Positions 15,457-28,482 of a DNA stretch of 64,000 nucleotides are shown here, piece after piece. The notes below the pieces were generated by a model, which worked only from the letters and a program-made list of their open reading frames with translations, searched no databases and was not told the DNA's origin. The stretch lies in the NCBI GenBank assembly GCA_002269645.1, contig NIVC01001532.1, positions 62,001 through 126,000 on the forward strand, written 5' to 3'. The first letter of the stretch is position 1. Each line of letters begins with the position of its first letter. The stretch comes from Macrostomum lignano (lineage: Eukaryota). Position numbers and translations under genes: made by a program.

Positions 15457-17894
15457 CACACACAGACAGACAGACAGACAGACAGACAGCCCCCCGCCCC
15501 GCCAACCTTATAATTAGTGGCCATTATCTCGGGAAAGTGGTCAAACTGCCTGGCAACACCGGCAAGGCTGCCCGAGTTGAGAGCGGACACAGCGGACACG
15601 TACAGTGCCACGGACACGGGGGCCATGATTAGCTGATCGGCGGCAACCATCTTCAATACTCGGTGACTTTGATTAGCGAACCTGTGCGACAGGAAATGAT
15701 ACCACTTGTTCAGCATGGGGCCCTGCGATTGGTTTAAAAAAATTTAATTTAAACAGTGATTTAAAAATAATGTGAAGAATTTGCATCAATGAGGCTTTTA
15801 GGTCTAGTATCTAGATCCGGAATCATTATTTTGAACATTATGCGGCTTATGACCTACGGGTCATAGAGCCAGATAAGTCATGAATACAAGGTGGGTGATG
15901 ACCTGTGGGACATAGAAATCAGATAAGTCATAGACACACGGTGGGTCATGACCTGTGGGACATAGAAACCAGACAAGTCATAGACACACGGTGTGTCATG
16001 ACCTGTGGATCATAGAAATCAGAAGATAAGTCATGAACAGTAGGTGGGTCATAGAAATCAGATAAGTCATGAACATTAGATGGGTCATGACCTGTGGGTC
16101 AAAATGTTAATTTATCACTAGACATGAAGTTACTAATGCATTAAAATAAAAAAATTTCTGCTCATTTTTCAACACTGGAACTTACTATACTACTAACAAA
16201 TCTATAAAGCGCGCATGTACCTTCAAAAAGAAGCTTCTGTTGATAAGTCAGGAAAACAACTGTTTACGGAAATGTGCGCCATTAAAAATTATTAAAAGCA
16301 ATTAAAAGTAGGCAATGTTTCCGTTTTATTAATCGGAAATACTTTCTTTTCAGTAAGCATAGCACAGAGAGACCGGTATATCTAAATACGATATGAACAT
16401 TTCATAAATTTTATCTTCTTGCCCTCTGTGTAATTTTTCATACTAACTTGTACAATAAAAGTGATTCTCGGAGTGGTAATTCGGGGCGATTTTGGGGCGG
16501 ACTAGGGGCGATTCTTGGGGTGGATTGGGGACGATTCTTGGGGTGGATTAGGGGTGATTCTTGGGGTGGATTGGGGGCGATTCTTGAGGTGGATTAGCGA
16601 TTCTTGAGGTGGATTGTAGGCGATTCTTCGGGTGGATTAGAGACGATCCTTGGAGTGAATTAGGGGCGATTCTTGGGGTGGATTAGCGGCGATTCTTGGG
16701 CTGGATTAGGGGCGATTCTTGAGGTAGATTAGGGGCGATTCTTGGGGTGGATTAGGAAGGATTCTTTGGACGGATTAGGGGCGATTCTTGGGGTGGATTA
16801 GGGAGGATTCTTTGGACGGATTAGGGGCGATTCTTGGGGTGGATTAGGGAGGATTCTTTGGACGGATTAGGGGCGATTCTTGGGGTGGATTAGGGAGGAT
16901 TCTTTGGACGGATTAGGGGCGATTTTTGGGGTGGATTAGGAAGGATTCTTTGGACGGATTAGGGGCGATTCTGGGGTGGATTAGGAAGGATTCTTTGGAC
17001 GGATTAGGGGCGATTTTTGGGGTGGATTAGGAAGGATTCTTTGGACGGATTAGGGGCGATTCTGGGGTGGATTAGGAAGGATTCTTTGGACGGATTAGGG
17101 GCGATTTTTGGGGTGGATTAGGAAGGATTCTTTGGACGGATTAGGGGCGATTCTGGGGTGGATTAGGAAGGATTCTTTGGACGGATTAGGGGCGATTTTT
17201 GGGGTGGATTAGGAAGGATTCTTTGGACGGATTAGGGGCGATTCTTGGGGTGGATTAGGGAGGATTCTTTGGACGGATTAGGGGCGATTCTTGGGGTGGA
17301 TTAGGGAGGATTCTTTGGACGGATTAGGGGCGATTTTTGGGGTGGATTAGGAAGGATTCTTTGGACGGATTAGGGGCGATTTTTGGGGTGGATTAGGAAG
17401 GATTCTTTGGACGGATTAGGGGCGATTCTTGGGGTGGATTAGGGAGGATTCTTTGGACGGATTAGGGGCGATTTTTGGGGTGGATTAGGAAGGATTCTTT
17501 GGACGGATTAGGGGCGATTTTTGGGGTGGATTAGGAAGGATTCTTTGGACGGATTAGGGGCGATTCTGGGGTGGATTAGGAAGGACTCTTTGGACGGATT
17601 AGGGGCGATTCCTTAAACCGATATATTATCCCATACTGGGTGACAGAACAGATGAAGAACCAATCTTTCAATCTATTGCTAAGCCAAAAGCAAACTCACA
17701 TAAGCGCAGGCACCCAACAAGAAAACCTTGGCTGTTCTGCGAAAACTCATTGTCCGATAGCCGTACCCCTCCAGACTCTGGGCAGCCACATCTCCGACGC
17801 CCATCAGCACTCCGGTTGTCAGGGCGGGCGTAACAACAGGATGCGTCCTTAGCAACCGATCGTAACCAATCCATGCTCGTTTCAACAGTGCCAT
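14707..17894 (-). CDS. MPV17: MPV17/PMP22-family mitochondrial inner membrane protein; exons 17894-17700, 15722-15507, 15026-14974, 14878-14707 (211 aa)
   Basis: YDRLLRTHP..T...T.VLMGVGDVAAQ, GPMLNKWY, KMVAADQLIMAP, NYK|LWPAVQVLNF..P.HLR|LLVVNCVTIVWNTYLSW. GT-AG junctions with matching phases (0,0,2); the CDS is 636 nt. An MPV17L paralog cannot be excluded. Confidence 0.88.
15075..15487. repeat. (CAGA)n microsatellite in MPV17 intron 2
   Basis: Tetranucleotide run with CATG and CACA interruptions. Confidence 0.98.
15850..16100. repeat. ~50-bp minisatellite in MPV17 intron 1
   Basis: GTGGGTCATGACCTGTGG..CATAGAAATCAGATAAGTCAT; period of 50 (15891, 15941). Confidence 0.85.
16475..17612. repeat. 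23-bp G-rich minisatellite that becomes a 46-bp dimeric higher-order repeat (MPV17 intron 1)
   Basis: GGATTAGGGGCGATTCTTGGGGT alternates with GGATTAGGAAGGATTCTTTGGAC from ~16750. Confidence 0.95.
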
Positions 17895-18984
17895 CTTGTT
17901 TATGTCATCCAAAGTCCAGTTGAATTATATCCGCCGTAGAGCCAAATCATTCGCGCTGGGAAAAATCGCAATAAGTGGTGTCTATTATTTTCATTAAAAA
18001 AATTGCCACGGCCTAAACTAACGATATGTATCGTAAAACAGTTTTACAACATGCAACATAAGTGTTACGAGCTAGCAGAAAGTGAATAATGGAATGGGAG
18101 ACTTTATTGCTTAGAAACTTTTGAAGGCTGGTTTTGTATCGTTAAATTAAAAGTACAAGCAAAACGCACAAAAGCAATTCTGTAACGCACTGGGCCCAGG
18201 CCTAACTGTAATATTTTTTAAGTCTAAAATTACACTTGCGCTATCTGCCAACATTATGGTGGTATTTGGTCATTTCTAAAAATACACGACAGCTAATGAG
18301 ACATAAAGCTATCTACTAGCCTTATCAACACAAAAACAAACAAACAGATTAACAAGTTAGTCTATAATTTTGAAATGAAACTTCTTTTAAAAGAGTGGTG
18401 CATTGCATTTGCCACTTTATGTTATTAATATATTTATATAACTATTTGATGTACAACACCCAAAGCATAGATTGCCGTTTTGATTTCAAATTAAAACGGG
18501 CATTAACAAGCTGCAAAGCAATAACAGAGAGTCTCGGCAGAGCGAAGAGATTTATGTAGAATTGTAGATTATAGAAGAAACTGAGGGGTAGAACAGATTG
18601 CTAGCATGTGTTGGTCCGTAAGTCTTTTTTCTCGCTTTGTTGTCTGGCCTATGCAAAAGCAGACTAAACAAAAAAGAGACAGGTAATAACGGGATCATAA
18701 ATCAATAAGTTCTACTATGGTAGATGTCTACTTTTAAGAAATAAAACACACAGAAGACTCATTTAAAGAAGAAAACAAAATCCGTACAGTACACGCAGTT
18801 CATTCATTCTTATTAGAGAATTGAGAACAATCAAAATCGTTCGTACTGTTTGTTAATTTTATTTCATTTTTGCACGGATTAAAGATTTGAAATAAAAGAA
18901 CGGCCAATAGAAACGATTTGATCTGCAAGTCTGAACTCAATATTACAGGTTTTCTCTTGTGATGTATTCAGGGCGATGTTATAG

Positions 18985-19342
18985 ATGGGTTAGAGGCGAT
19001 TCTTGGGCTGGATTGGGGGCGATTCTTGAGGTGGATTGGGGGCGATTCTTGGGCTGAATTGGGGGCGATTCTTGGGCTGGATTAGGGGCGATTCTTGGGC
19101 TGGATTAGGGGCGATTCTTGGGCTGGATTGGGGGCGATTCTTGGGCTGGATTAGGGGCGATTCTTGAGGTGGATTAGGGGCGATTCTTGGGGTGGACTAG
19201 GGGCGATTCTTGGGGTGGATTAGAGACGCTTCTTGGGACGGATTAGGGGTGATTATTGGGGTGGATTAGGGACGCTTCTTGAGACGGATTAGGGGCGATT
19301 CTTAGGGTGGATTAGGGGCGATTCTTGAGGTGGATTAGAAGC
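18985..19342. repeat. 23-bp minisatellite, same family as 16475-17612
   Basis: GGATTAGGGGCGATTCTTGGG units. Confidence 0.93.
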
Positions 19343-19966
19343 GAATTTATCAAAATTAAACATAGGGAATTTAAACAAAACATAAAACTGTTAATTAAGT
19401 GTGCACGGATTAAATTATAGACTTAGAGAAACAGGCAACAGAAAAGGCAAAGCAAGAAAGCAATCGATTCAATGTTTCGGTAGTACAATTGCATAAACCC
19501 ACCAAGTGCGTGAATCTTCAGTTAGAATACATTAGAAATAAAATGAATAAGTATTGCCAGGTTCAAGCAGCCGGAGCTTGCACTTATGTAAGTAGGAGCT
19601 TAAAAAATGGGAATAAAATACATTAAAAAAGAATCAATCAATAAAACATTATACTACTTACGAAACGATACATACTAGTATTTATATAGGTAGTAATCTG
19701 TGCCAAATAAAAATATAAAGAAGCATTATATATAGACTTCTATTACTCCTAACTACAAAGATTGTACAGGCATAGAAGAATGACAGCATTGAGAATTGAA
19801 AATTATTTCATACTATAGATAAAAACAGAACTCAAGAGAAGCGATAGAAATCTGTGTTTTGTTCGATGGCATACATGCGCAACACCCCTCCTCCCCCCAT
19901 TTTACACATTCGACCGGCTTTTTGACCAAAAATGCGACTAACCTAAGAAAGAAGAAACGTAATTTA

Positions 19967-20030
19967 GGGTAAACGGCAGGAGTAACTATGACTGTATTTT
20001 ATAGGCTAAATGCCTCGTCATCTAATTAGT
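19967..20030 (+). other. Isolated 64-bp 28S rDNA-derived fragment (H69-H71 region; R2/I-PpoI target) with the central 14 bp substituted
   Basis: GGGTAAACGGCAGGAGTAACTATGACT (26/27 identical to the recalled conserved 28S sequence), then 14 divergent nt, then AAATGCCTCGTCATCTAATTAGT (23/23). The flanks are not rDNA. Confidence 0.9.
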
Positions 20031-20292
20031 ACTACAGCTAAGTGTTGCGCTTGTATTTATAGTTTTTATAGGCAATTGTTGAAACATTTCGAATTAATAA
20101 AAATTTTTAACAACCCTTAGACCATTGTAAATTGTTTATATTGCAAGAGCGCTGGGAACTCTTTACTCAAAGTTAAAGAAAAAAGTACCAATGCTCGCAG
20201 TTCTGATATTGGATGTTTTGCAATTTTTTGCTTAAAAACATTTTTTTACTGATAAAAAGTGCCATTCTGTCTGTCTGTCTGTCTGTCAATTT

Positions 20293-21553
20293 TCAAGCGC
20301 GCAGAAACGATGTCAGTGATGCAATGGCCAGCCCAGCGCCGGCTACTGTCAGTAGTCTAGTTAGCACACCGCTATCGTTGTTATTATTATTTGGCCCATT
20401 GCCAAGGCCACCAGATTCGCCGTCGTTATAGAAGCGGATCAGGCCAAGCTGCAGGAGAATAAAAAATATTTATACTCATTTTGTTTTACTAAATAAAGTA
20501 ATTTCTGTCAGAGAACCCAAGCTGGTTCCACTCAGAGCGCACCCACATTCATTTAGGGTTTGTTCGGAGGCGATTTCATATCTCCAACACTTCGCATCTC
20601 CGACACTTCATATCTCCGACACTTCATATATCCGACACTTCGCATCTCCGACACATCATATCTCCGACACTTCATATCTCCGACACTTCATATCTCCGAC
20701 ACTTCGCTTCTCCGACACTTCATATCTCCGACACTTTACATCTTCGACACTTCATATCTCCGACACTTCATATCTCCGACACTTCATATCTCCGACACTT
20801 CATATCTCCGACACTTCATATCTCCGACACTTCATATCTCCGACACTTCATATCTCCGACACTTCATATCTCCGACACTTCATATCTCCGACACTTCATA
20901 TCTCCGACAAGCCTAACCCTAACCCTAATTCTAACGGAGATATAAAGTTCCAAGGATATGAAAGACCACTTGTGCACTTCGTGCATCTAAGAAACAATAG
21001 GATTGAAGCCACTCACCCAGCCGCCATTCTGATTGATCCACTGCAGCACTCGCTTATCAACGTACTCCACTGACCAGTCGCAGACTTCAGCAGCCGTCAC
21101 CCCGCTGATCCCCTGGCGTTGGCACTGGCTGAGGAACATAGAGCCGAACACAAAGATAGTAACAACCCGACCCCAATTGCAATTATCAACGAAGACATTG
21201 TCTAGCACTTGTCTGAAACTGTCTCTGGGACAATTGGCGTCGATAACCCAATTGGATCTGAGGTCGTTTAGCTTCTCTCGATATCTCAACTCGTAGTCGC
21301 TTGTGAGGCCAATCACTGCCGAAGACAACTCTTGCATCAGGGGACTGTTGCTGCTTTTGCCGTTTTGCTGCTTCTGCTGGGCATGCCGATAATAACTGCC
21401 GTTTGAGGCTGCTTGGAATCGAACATTGCTGCTGGCACTTTTCTGCAGGTAGACAGTCATTAATTCGCGAAAGATTTCCCGATCTCCATCGTTGGAAGCT
21501 CCTCCATTGCTGCCGCCGCCGCTGCTACTAGAAGAGGAAGTCTGACCAGCCAT
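20293..21553 (-). CDS. Multi-domain Bcl-2-family protein with a C-terminal TM anchor; exons 21553-21017, 20448-20293 (230 aa)
   Basis: BH1 VFVDNCNWGRVVTIFVFG and BH2 WINQNGGW|LGLIRFY, with a phase-0 GT-AG intron right after GGW as in other Bcl-2 genes. Hydrophobic tail LLTVAGAGLAIASLTSFL. Confidence 0.9.
20575..20909. repeat. 16-bp minisatellite (ATATCTCCGACACTTC) in the Bcl-2 intron
   Basis: ~20 copies, followed by CCTAACCCTAACCCTAA. Confidence 0.95.
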
Positions 21554-21703
21554 GGGCTGCAAACGGTTAGTTGGCCTGCAATGCGAGCGAGTCCGGCAAG
21601 ATTAATATCAAAATAAGGTATAATGATTTATGCATTAAATGAGCAAGGTAAACAGGCTGCAGTGTACACTGCTATCAGCTCTGTGGGTTTCTGGTCCACT
21701 TAC

Positions 21704-21910
21704 CCAGTCTGACCCAGGGTAGACGACAGAACTACTGTCATAGCTTCAAATCGGCTTAGATAGGTAAAGATTTGACTCAAAGTTAGGCGAAGAGAAAAAG
21801 TAGAACATTACGTAGCAATACTTGGGGCCTTTTTATATGCAACAGTGAGGGGTCAGAGTCCAACGGGTCAATCTCTTTCTAGATCGCTATCTTGCCAGCC
21901 AATGACGAGT
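21704..21910 (-). promoter_or_regulatory. Candidate TATA promoter and 5' UTR exon of the Bcl-2 gene
   Basis: TATAAAA on the minus strand at ~21837-21831, CCAAT at ~21900, strong donor TGG|GTAAGT at 21703, and acceptor TTTGCAG 3 nt before the ATG. Confidence 0.5.
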
Positions 21911-23393
21911 GATCTAAGAATAAAAGAACAAAATTAAATACAAATATTTAATTTAATATTTTACTCTCAAAAAGCTGCGCTTATCTACTCATTATTTAGT
22001 AGCAAAGTTAGCGTTTTTTGCACTTTTGCACTTTACAATCTACAAGAAAACTAAAGATGGTTGAAAAACTGGAAAAAGCCTAATTTCTTTTGTAAAAGCG
22101 CGTTCTGTTACTTTAGCTCGTATAAAGCCAGACCAATAAACAGGTTTCTTCTCACCTGCATATGTTTAACATTGACCTCTTTCCTTACTGCTTTTTTATT
22201 AGCTAAACTAGATTGGGCCTGCCGCCTAGGTTGACTTTATCCTTTTTGCATTCACTTGTGTATACCACTCTCATTATAGAACTTCATTTCTATTAAGTGA
22301 TTGTAAGCTTATAAGATGAAGTGAGGGGGTGCGTGCATGTTTTGAGCTACCTGAACACCATCTAAGCCTTATATTACATAATATATTACATATTACAATA
22401 CAATATACAATACAAATACAATTACTATATATGACCTTTTTTGAATAAAGTACAATGCCTTTTTCATTTTTAATGGGGATTGTAAAATGAAACTAAATAA
22501 AATTGGGGATTGCAAGATGAAAGAATGCCAGTTCACCTTGCTGAAAAGTGTGGATATTTTTTCAATTAAGCATAGAGTGCAAGGTTATAAAAGATGCAAT
22601 CTGTCTTACGTAGATTTTTTTGAATTTAAGGTACACTAGAAACTACATTGACACTATTAATCATGTCCATTACATATATACATAGACAAAGGCTACAGAA
22701 CCCCTGTCAATAGGCCACTAATATAAATCTAGATTGCATTGCCATTTTCAACCATAGACCTGCCCTTGCACCTGACAGACTACTTTTGATAGTTTTTTAA
22801 TAGCAATATTCAACAAAGGAATATTGTACTGGTCATTCTATGCCAACCTTGATGTCTATTAGTAGGCTAGCAAGGACATTTGTAACATATGCCCTGCTCA
22901 ACTTTGTATTGCAGAATTGTAACACTAGTAAATGACCTATCTACTATAGCTTATTAGATTAGATTGTATTTATAAAAATTAATATATTCTGTTACTTTAT
23001 AAAAACTATTGTTGAAAGCTTCTTCTATGTTTCAATGCAAGCACAACAATAAAAAATGGCTAGACAAATAAGATTGCAACATTGATCAAAGCTTTGAGCT
23101 TTGTTGACTATTGCTACTAATTAGGCCTAGAGACAATGCTCCCAAAGAATTTCTAAATAAAGCAGCCAAGCTCTTTTGCAAGAGACCTAAGCTGCAGAAT
23201 TTAGCCAAATTAGAGCCTTTTATTTGCTAATAGTATTAGAAGAAATAGGCCTTTTTGAACTTAGTAAAGCATACTTAATAAAATACTAGCAAAGTGCACT
23301 AAGGTCTCATATCCTATTTTTCGAATACAAGAAATAATTATACAAAAAGTAAATTTAATCTTAGATATATAGTTGTAATTTAACTATTATTAA

Positions 23394-23760
23394 GGGGGGC
23401 CGTAGCCCAGCGGTAGCGCAGCTGCTCTGGTGTGCCAGCGACCCAGGCTCGATTCCAAGTGCAGCCACATTAATTTGGGGCTGAATTGGAATCTCGGCTT
23501 GGCTCTGCTCGTACAATTAACAGCCTTGAGAGCCAACCCCCCAAGGCGCAGTGAAGTGTACATGCCTAACAATTGATAAAGTTAGGGCCACTGTACACTC
23601 CTGTGTGAGTGTGTGCCTGCGTATGTATCCCCGCGCTTGTATGCCTGCTCAGGGGAGTCGGCAGAATGGGCAGTAATGCCTCTCACCGGTTGTGTGCCTA
23701 TGTCGCTTAAAGTGCGCCAGGGTGCACACAACCCCCTGCCTCTCATAAAAAATTAAAAAA
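23394..23760 (+). mobile_element. tRNA-derived SINE
   Basis: A box TAGCCCAGCGG (23403) and B-box-like GGCTCGATTCC (23446), a GC-rich body in AT-rich surroundings, and an A-rich tail. Confidence 0.65.
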
Positions 23761-26700
23761 TTTAACCATTATAACTTTTTTCATAAGTAAAAGGAAGTCA
23801 ATGACAATATTCAATAATTGACCAATCATAATATGTTTTGCCTTTGCAACAATATATTGGAACTGTATCATTGGACAAACTTCTCTGTGGCACACAATGC
23901 AGTTGTTCCTCATTATAGTATCCATATAAAACTAGTAAACTTATAACAAAGACCCAGGAATCATACAAAAGCCTATATTAGAATAGACAGATAAACCTAT
24001 AATAATGTGGATGTCTATGACTTCCTTTTCTTTCTATATATCCAGCTAAGTGAATTAGTGTAGACATATTCCTTTGCAGTGACAAAAGTAATTGAAATGC
24101 ATAAAAAATTGCATAGAACATACTCAGTCTCCAGTGCCAAAGCTCTATCACCAAGATAATTTTCAGAGTTTTAAAATAAAAAACAAATTAAAAGTATATA
24201 CAAATAGATTCTGCTGCCATTTGTATCAGAAGTAAATAATATATTAAATGAATACCCATACTAGTTAGACAAGACAACTTAAGAGATTTCTATACATGTG
24301 CAAACTAAACATTAGCATTTATTGTTCTTATGCACAAGGCCTAATTATATTATATACATGTAAATGTAGATTTGTATGATATTGATATTGATTATCATAA
24401 CTAAGATAAAAACAAAATGATTGCCCCTAAATTGCATACCCAACAATTATTATTAATAGCTATTTATAGTCACTGTGCAATTGTGGTAGGGCAATCTACC
24501 ATTTGGCTAAGATAATGACTCATGCAGTGATGATGCCCTACCAGTGGTTTTCCTCATTCTTCTGCTGCCCCATCCTTTGCCCCATTGGTTGGCCTTTAAT
24601 TTTTGTGTTTTTCGTTTTGTTCAAGTTTCTATAGCCCCATCTGTCACCCCATTCCTTGCCTTTATAGCAGTGTTACCACTTAGCAACCTTCATTTTTTGT
24701 GCCAAGCCTTTCATTTTTGCACCATGGATTTTTTTGCGCCATTATCACTTTTTACCTCTAAGGCTCTAATGCAGTGTAATTCCCATTGAATTATTTAAAA
24801 AAACTCAAATACCAAATATCCAGGGACCTCAATCATAAATCATCCAAATTTGGATGAGATAAAACACTACAACCTGGCAAAAAATTGGTAAAAATGGCAA
24901 TAACAGCATGGGCATCAGACTATTAATTTCTCTAAATCAATACTACAATTATAAAACATAATAGTTTCTTTCCAACACCATCAGGGTTGGCTTTGTTATT
25001 CTATTGGTACATAAAAGTGGTCTGTTTTGTTACAAACAATACCTAATATGAAAAGCAAACAAAAAAGAGCATCCAAAAATGCAGAAAAGGGTTACAATTT
25101 AGGCATAAATTTTCTACATTTTTAGATTCATTCCGAACCTTATTAATTGCATATTTGTGCCATATTGCCTCATTTTTGGGCATGGCACAAATTTGTGGCA
25201 GAATGGGAACACTGTCCTACAGTTGCCCTATCCTTTGCCTTATTGGTTGCCCTACATGTTGTTTAATTTATTATCCCATTATTTATATACCCAGATTGGG
25301 CTGCACTATATGCATGCTTTTGCTCTTTTGTTCCTTTGCTTTCCTCCCTGCTTTGGTTTACTTGTTGTAGTTTTAGTTTATTTTTTATTACTTATTTTAA
25401 TTTTGCCTATGTGATACTACTTTCAATAGCTTAAACTACTTGGTTACCTTTCAATAATATCTAATTCAGCACTTTGGCACCACTGGAAATCTCATCTGTT
25501 AAATATTAATAATAATCAGTCTATTCATTTAAAAAACTAATAAATATTAATACCTATTTCTTTGCACTAATTAATCAAAGCCCCTGATAGTTTATCTTGA
25601 GTTGTTTGCCCACAAGGTATAAAACAACTAAATTAATCTCAACTCTGAATGAGCTCTGAGATCTCAATGTTCTATAATACAAAATTACAGTGATGGCAAT
25701 GCTATTCTATTAAAAGTAATCAGTTAAGCAAAATGGCGAACATTGAAATTTAGTGTCAAGATCTTGGTGTCTACTTTCTAAATGACTATGCCTACTAAAG
25801 ACTGCTCAACTGCGGTAACTATTATCCTCCCCCCAGAATTAAGTACCTAGCAGATGCAGATAGAGTATCTAGAAAGAAAATTGACCCCAACAATCTGTGA
25901 AACTTTATAGATTTACGAGTGCCAAGTTACAGATAGTGGCAACACAATTTAAAGTTGAAATTTTATGAAATTGGCCAAGACTGTCCAATTCCAAATCTTT
26001 CTTTTCTTTGCCCCTACCTTACAATTTTAGATTTCAAAGAAAATACTAAGTCTATAAAAATTACTTTAACAAAATAAATATTACCTTGTCTTGACTTGGC
26101 TTTAGTTAGTTAAATATATATTATTTATTATTCAGATTTTTAAGGCCTTACTAAATATAACTATAAATTAATGACTTAGCATCATAAAAAATAAAAACAA
26201 TTCATAGGCCCTATTCAAATTTATAATTTAAGCACCAAAAAGCAAACTAGGTGGGATATTGAAATGCTAACAACTAAGCACTAAAAAGTATAGGTATAAA
26301 AAAGCATAGAAATCATGATTTGATTTTAGCCTATCTATATAGGGCCTAGTGAAAGATAGGCCTAGCTGATGCAACTTGCAACTCGAGCTAGCTAGACTGT
26401 AGGCCTAAACTAGACATTAAACCAAAAAACAGTTGTAAAAAGCATCTCTCTGGCCTTGGGTCTATAAAAGCAATCTGGCTACTGACCAGCTTCCAGTCAA
26501 TTTGGCACTAAGCCAATTTGGCAACAATCAAAATTGTCAATAAGTCAGTTTGGTAACAGCCAATTTGGCAAATGCTAAAGGCTAAAGCATTAGGCTATTA
26601 CAACTTGTTGAATTTTAAATAAGTATGCATAGGCCTATACAGTATACACTACTATTTGCCCCTGCCATTCAATAGGCTGCATAGGCCTATACTCCTATAG

Positions 26701-28244
26701 AAAAATTGTTTTAATTATGTCATATTGCATGTTTTCAAAAGTGTGTAACATTTTATGCTTTCCACAGAGACATAGGCACTGGCCTATGCTAGGGGATACA
26801 TGGCCATACATGGCCATCATTTTTCCACCTGATCCAACATACTGCCGTACTGGGCCTAAATAGGGCCTACTTTGATGGTTTTTTGGGATTATTACAGGTT
26901 GGTCTCTTCTTAACGATTGGGGGCCCCGCCCTGCGGCCCTACCCTTATTTTTCTCAATTCTCCCCTCTATCGCTTTATCCCCTCTTTCCTCTTAGCTCCC
27001 TCCATTTATCTGTTTTATTTCGCTTTCCTCTGAAGTCTTCATTTATCCACTACCCTCTACTTTTCTCTCCAACACATCTTCCTGTTCCTCTTCTCTCATC
27101 TATTCTCTCCTATTCTCTCCCGCAGTCATTGCGCTAGATTATAGGCCTATATCTAACCAAGTAAGCAAAAGAGCGAATTAAACTTTCCGTGTCAAATTAG
27201 GCCAGCAAAGCTCATATACTAAGCGTGCGAACTGCGAAGAGGCCATGCCTTTGGTCTTGGATAAATTTGCAAAACTATTTTTCCAGGAACTTCAAAATTA
27301 GGCCTAAATTAGGAATTTTTTTACCATTTTAATTACGTCCGTCAAAAAATTAACGTTGAATTCACAAGGCTAAATCATAAAAGGCGGAAGTCCAAAAAAA
27401 TATTGATCCAATTTTAAACAGAAGCATGGTAACAAGGATCGTTTTTCAGTCAGCTAGACTAAATGAGATCTTGAGTACTCGTTGTTTTTATGTAATTCTT
27501 TTGTCGGTGCCTTAATCAACGATCATATAAATCTTTAGTGATTTTTGTTCTGAAAAACTAACTATGGTCTTTATATAATTATACACTTTAATTATTGTCG
27601 ATATGATACATCTATATCGTATCCTGTATATATATTGTATACAGGACTATGTAGAACTATAACTTTAGCTAAGCGGTACCGGTATTTTACGGTTTCTAAG
27701 CGGTAAAATAAAATCTATGCATGGAAGTTTCTTTTCAATGTAAAAGAAGCAAGATCTTTATTCTGTACGCAAATCTTTGTTAGTTGTATTTATAATTACT
27801 TTGTGTAAAAGAAATGAAAGTAAAAAAAAGCATTGTTTCCTCTTTTAATTCAAGAATTCTGTTTATTATTGTAAAAGCTAGCTGAGTTCATAAGAATGAC
27901 TGATTATTTTTACACATACTGTTGTCTGTAGGAGTAGGACTAATGTGTTTTCAGGGATTTTATTGAGAGTGGAACTCTTCTTTTTAGTTTTATTTATGTT
28001 CTTATATAGTTTTTATTATAAATGAGTTTTTATGTTGTAAAATCAAACCTTCATAGTTCCGTTAATAGTAGTGTACTATCTATTAGTACATACCATTCCG
28101 GCAGGCTCAAAGAATCTCATGCCACGTTTGCATTTGCATTCGCAAATTTACATGTCCATGACATGTCTATGGCCATAGTAGATAAGTATTGGCTTTAACT
28201 AAAATGTATAGTCCTAACGACCTAAGTTATGAGGCTATAGTCCA

Positions 28245-28482
28245 ATATACTAAAAATGAGTTGTCTGTATGTATGTATGTGGGTAGGTATGCGATAGATT
28301 TCAGAAAAAATGGCTCAACCGATTTTCTTCAAACTTGCACCATTTGATCAGAAATTTTCCTGGGACGGTACATGCATCTTGGCTAAGAAATTGCTCAATT
28401 TTAAAGGGATTAAATATTCGAAAAACATGCTTTTTTGCAAAGGTCAAGCAGCTCTTTCGACCTGAAATGCATTGTAAGAATG
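28245..28482 (+). mobile_element. Possible non-autonomous Helitron-like element
   Basis: TATACTAAAAATGAG..(TATG)n..AAAATGGCTCAACCGATTTTCTTCAAACTT resembles Lep1-type 5' ends. 3' hairpin AGGTC..GACCT followed by CTAG. Confidence 0.4.

Noticed and set aside
19967-20030. Functional rRNA gene
   Set aside because: Only 64 bp with non-rDNA flanks and a disrupted core; kept as a fragment instead
20910-20935. Interstitial telomere (CCCTAA)n
   Set aside because: Only ~3 imperfect units, a common motif at the edge of repeat elements
24540-25215. Possible hAT element (CAGTGGTTTTCC ... GGGAACACTG)
   Set aside because: TIR match is short and imperfect, and no TSD was found
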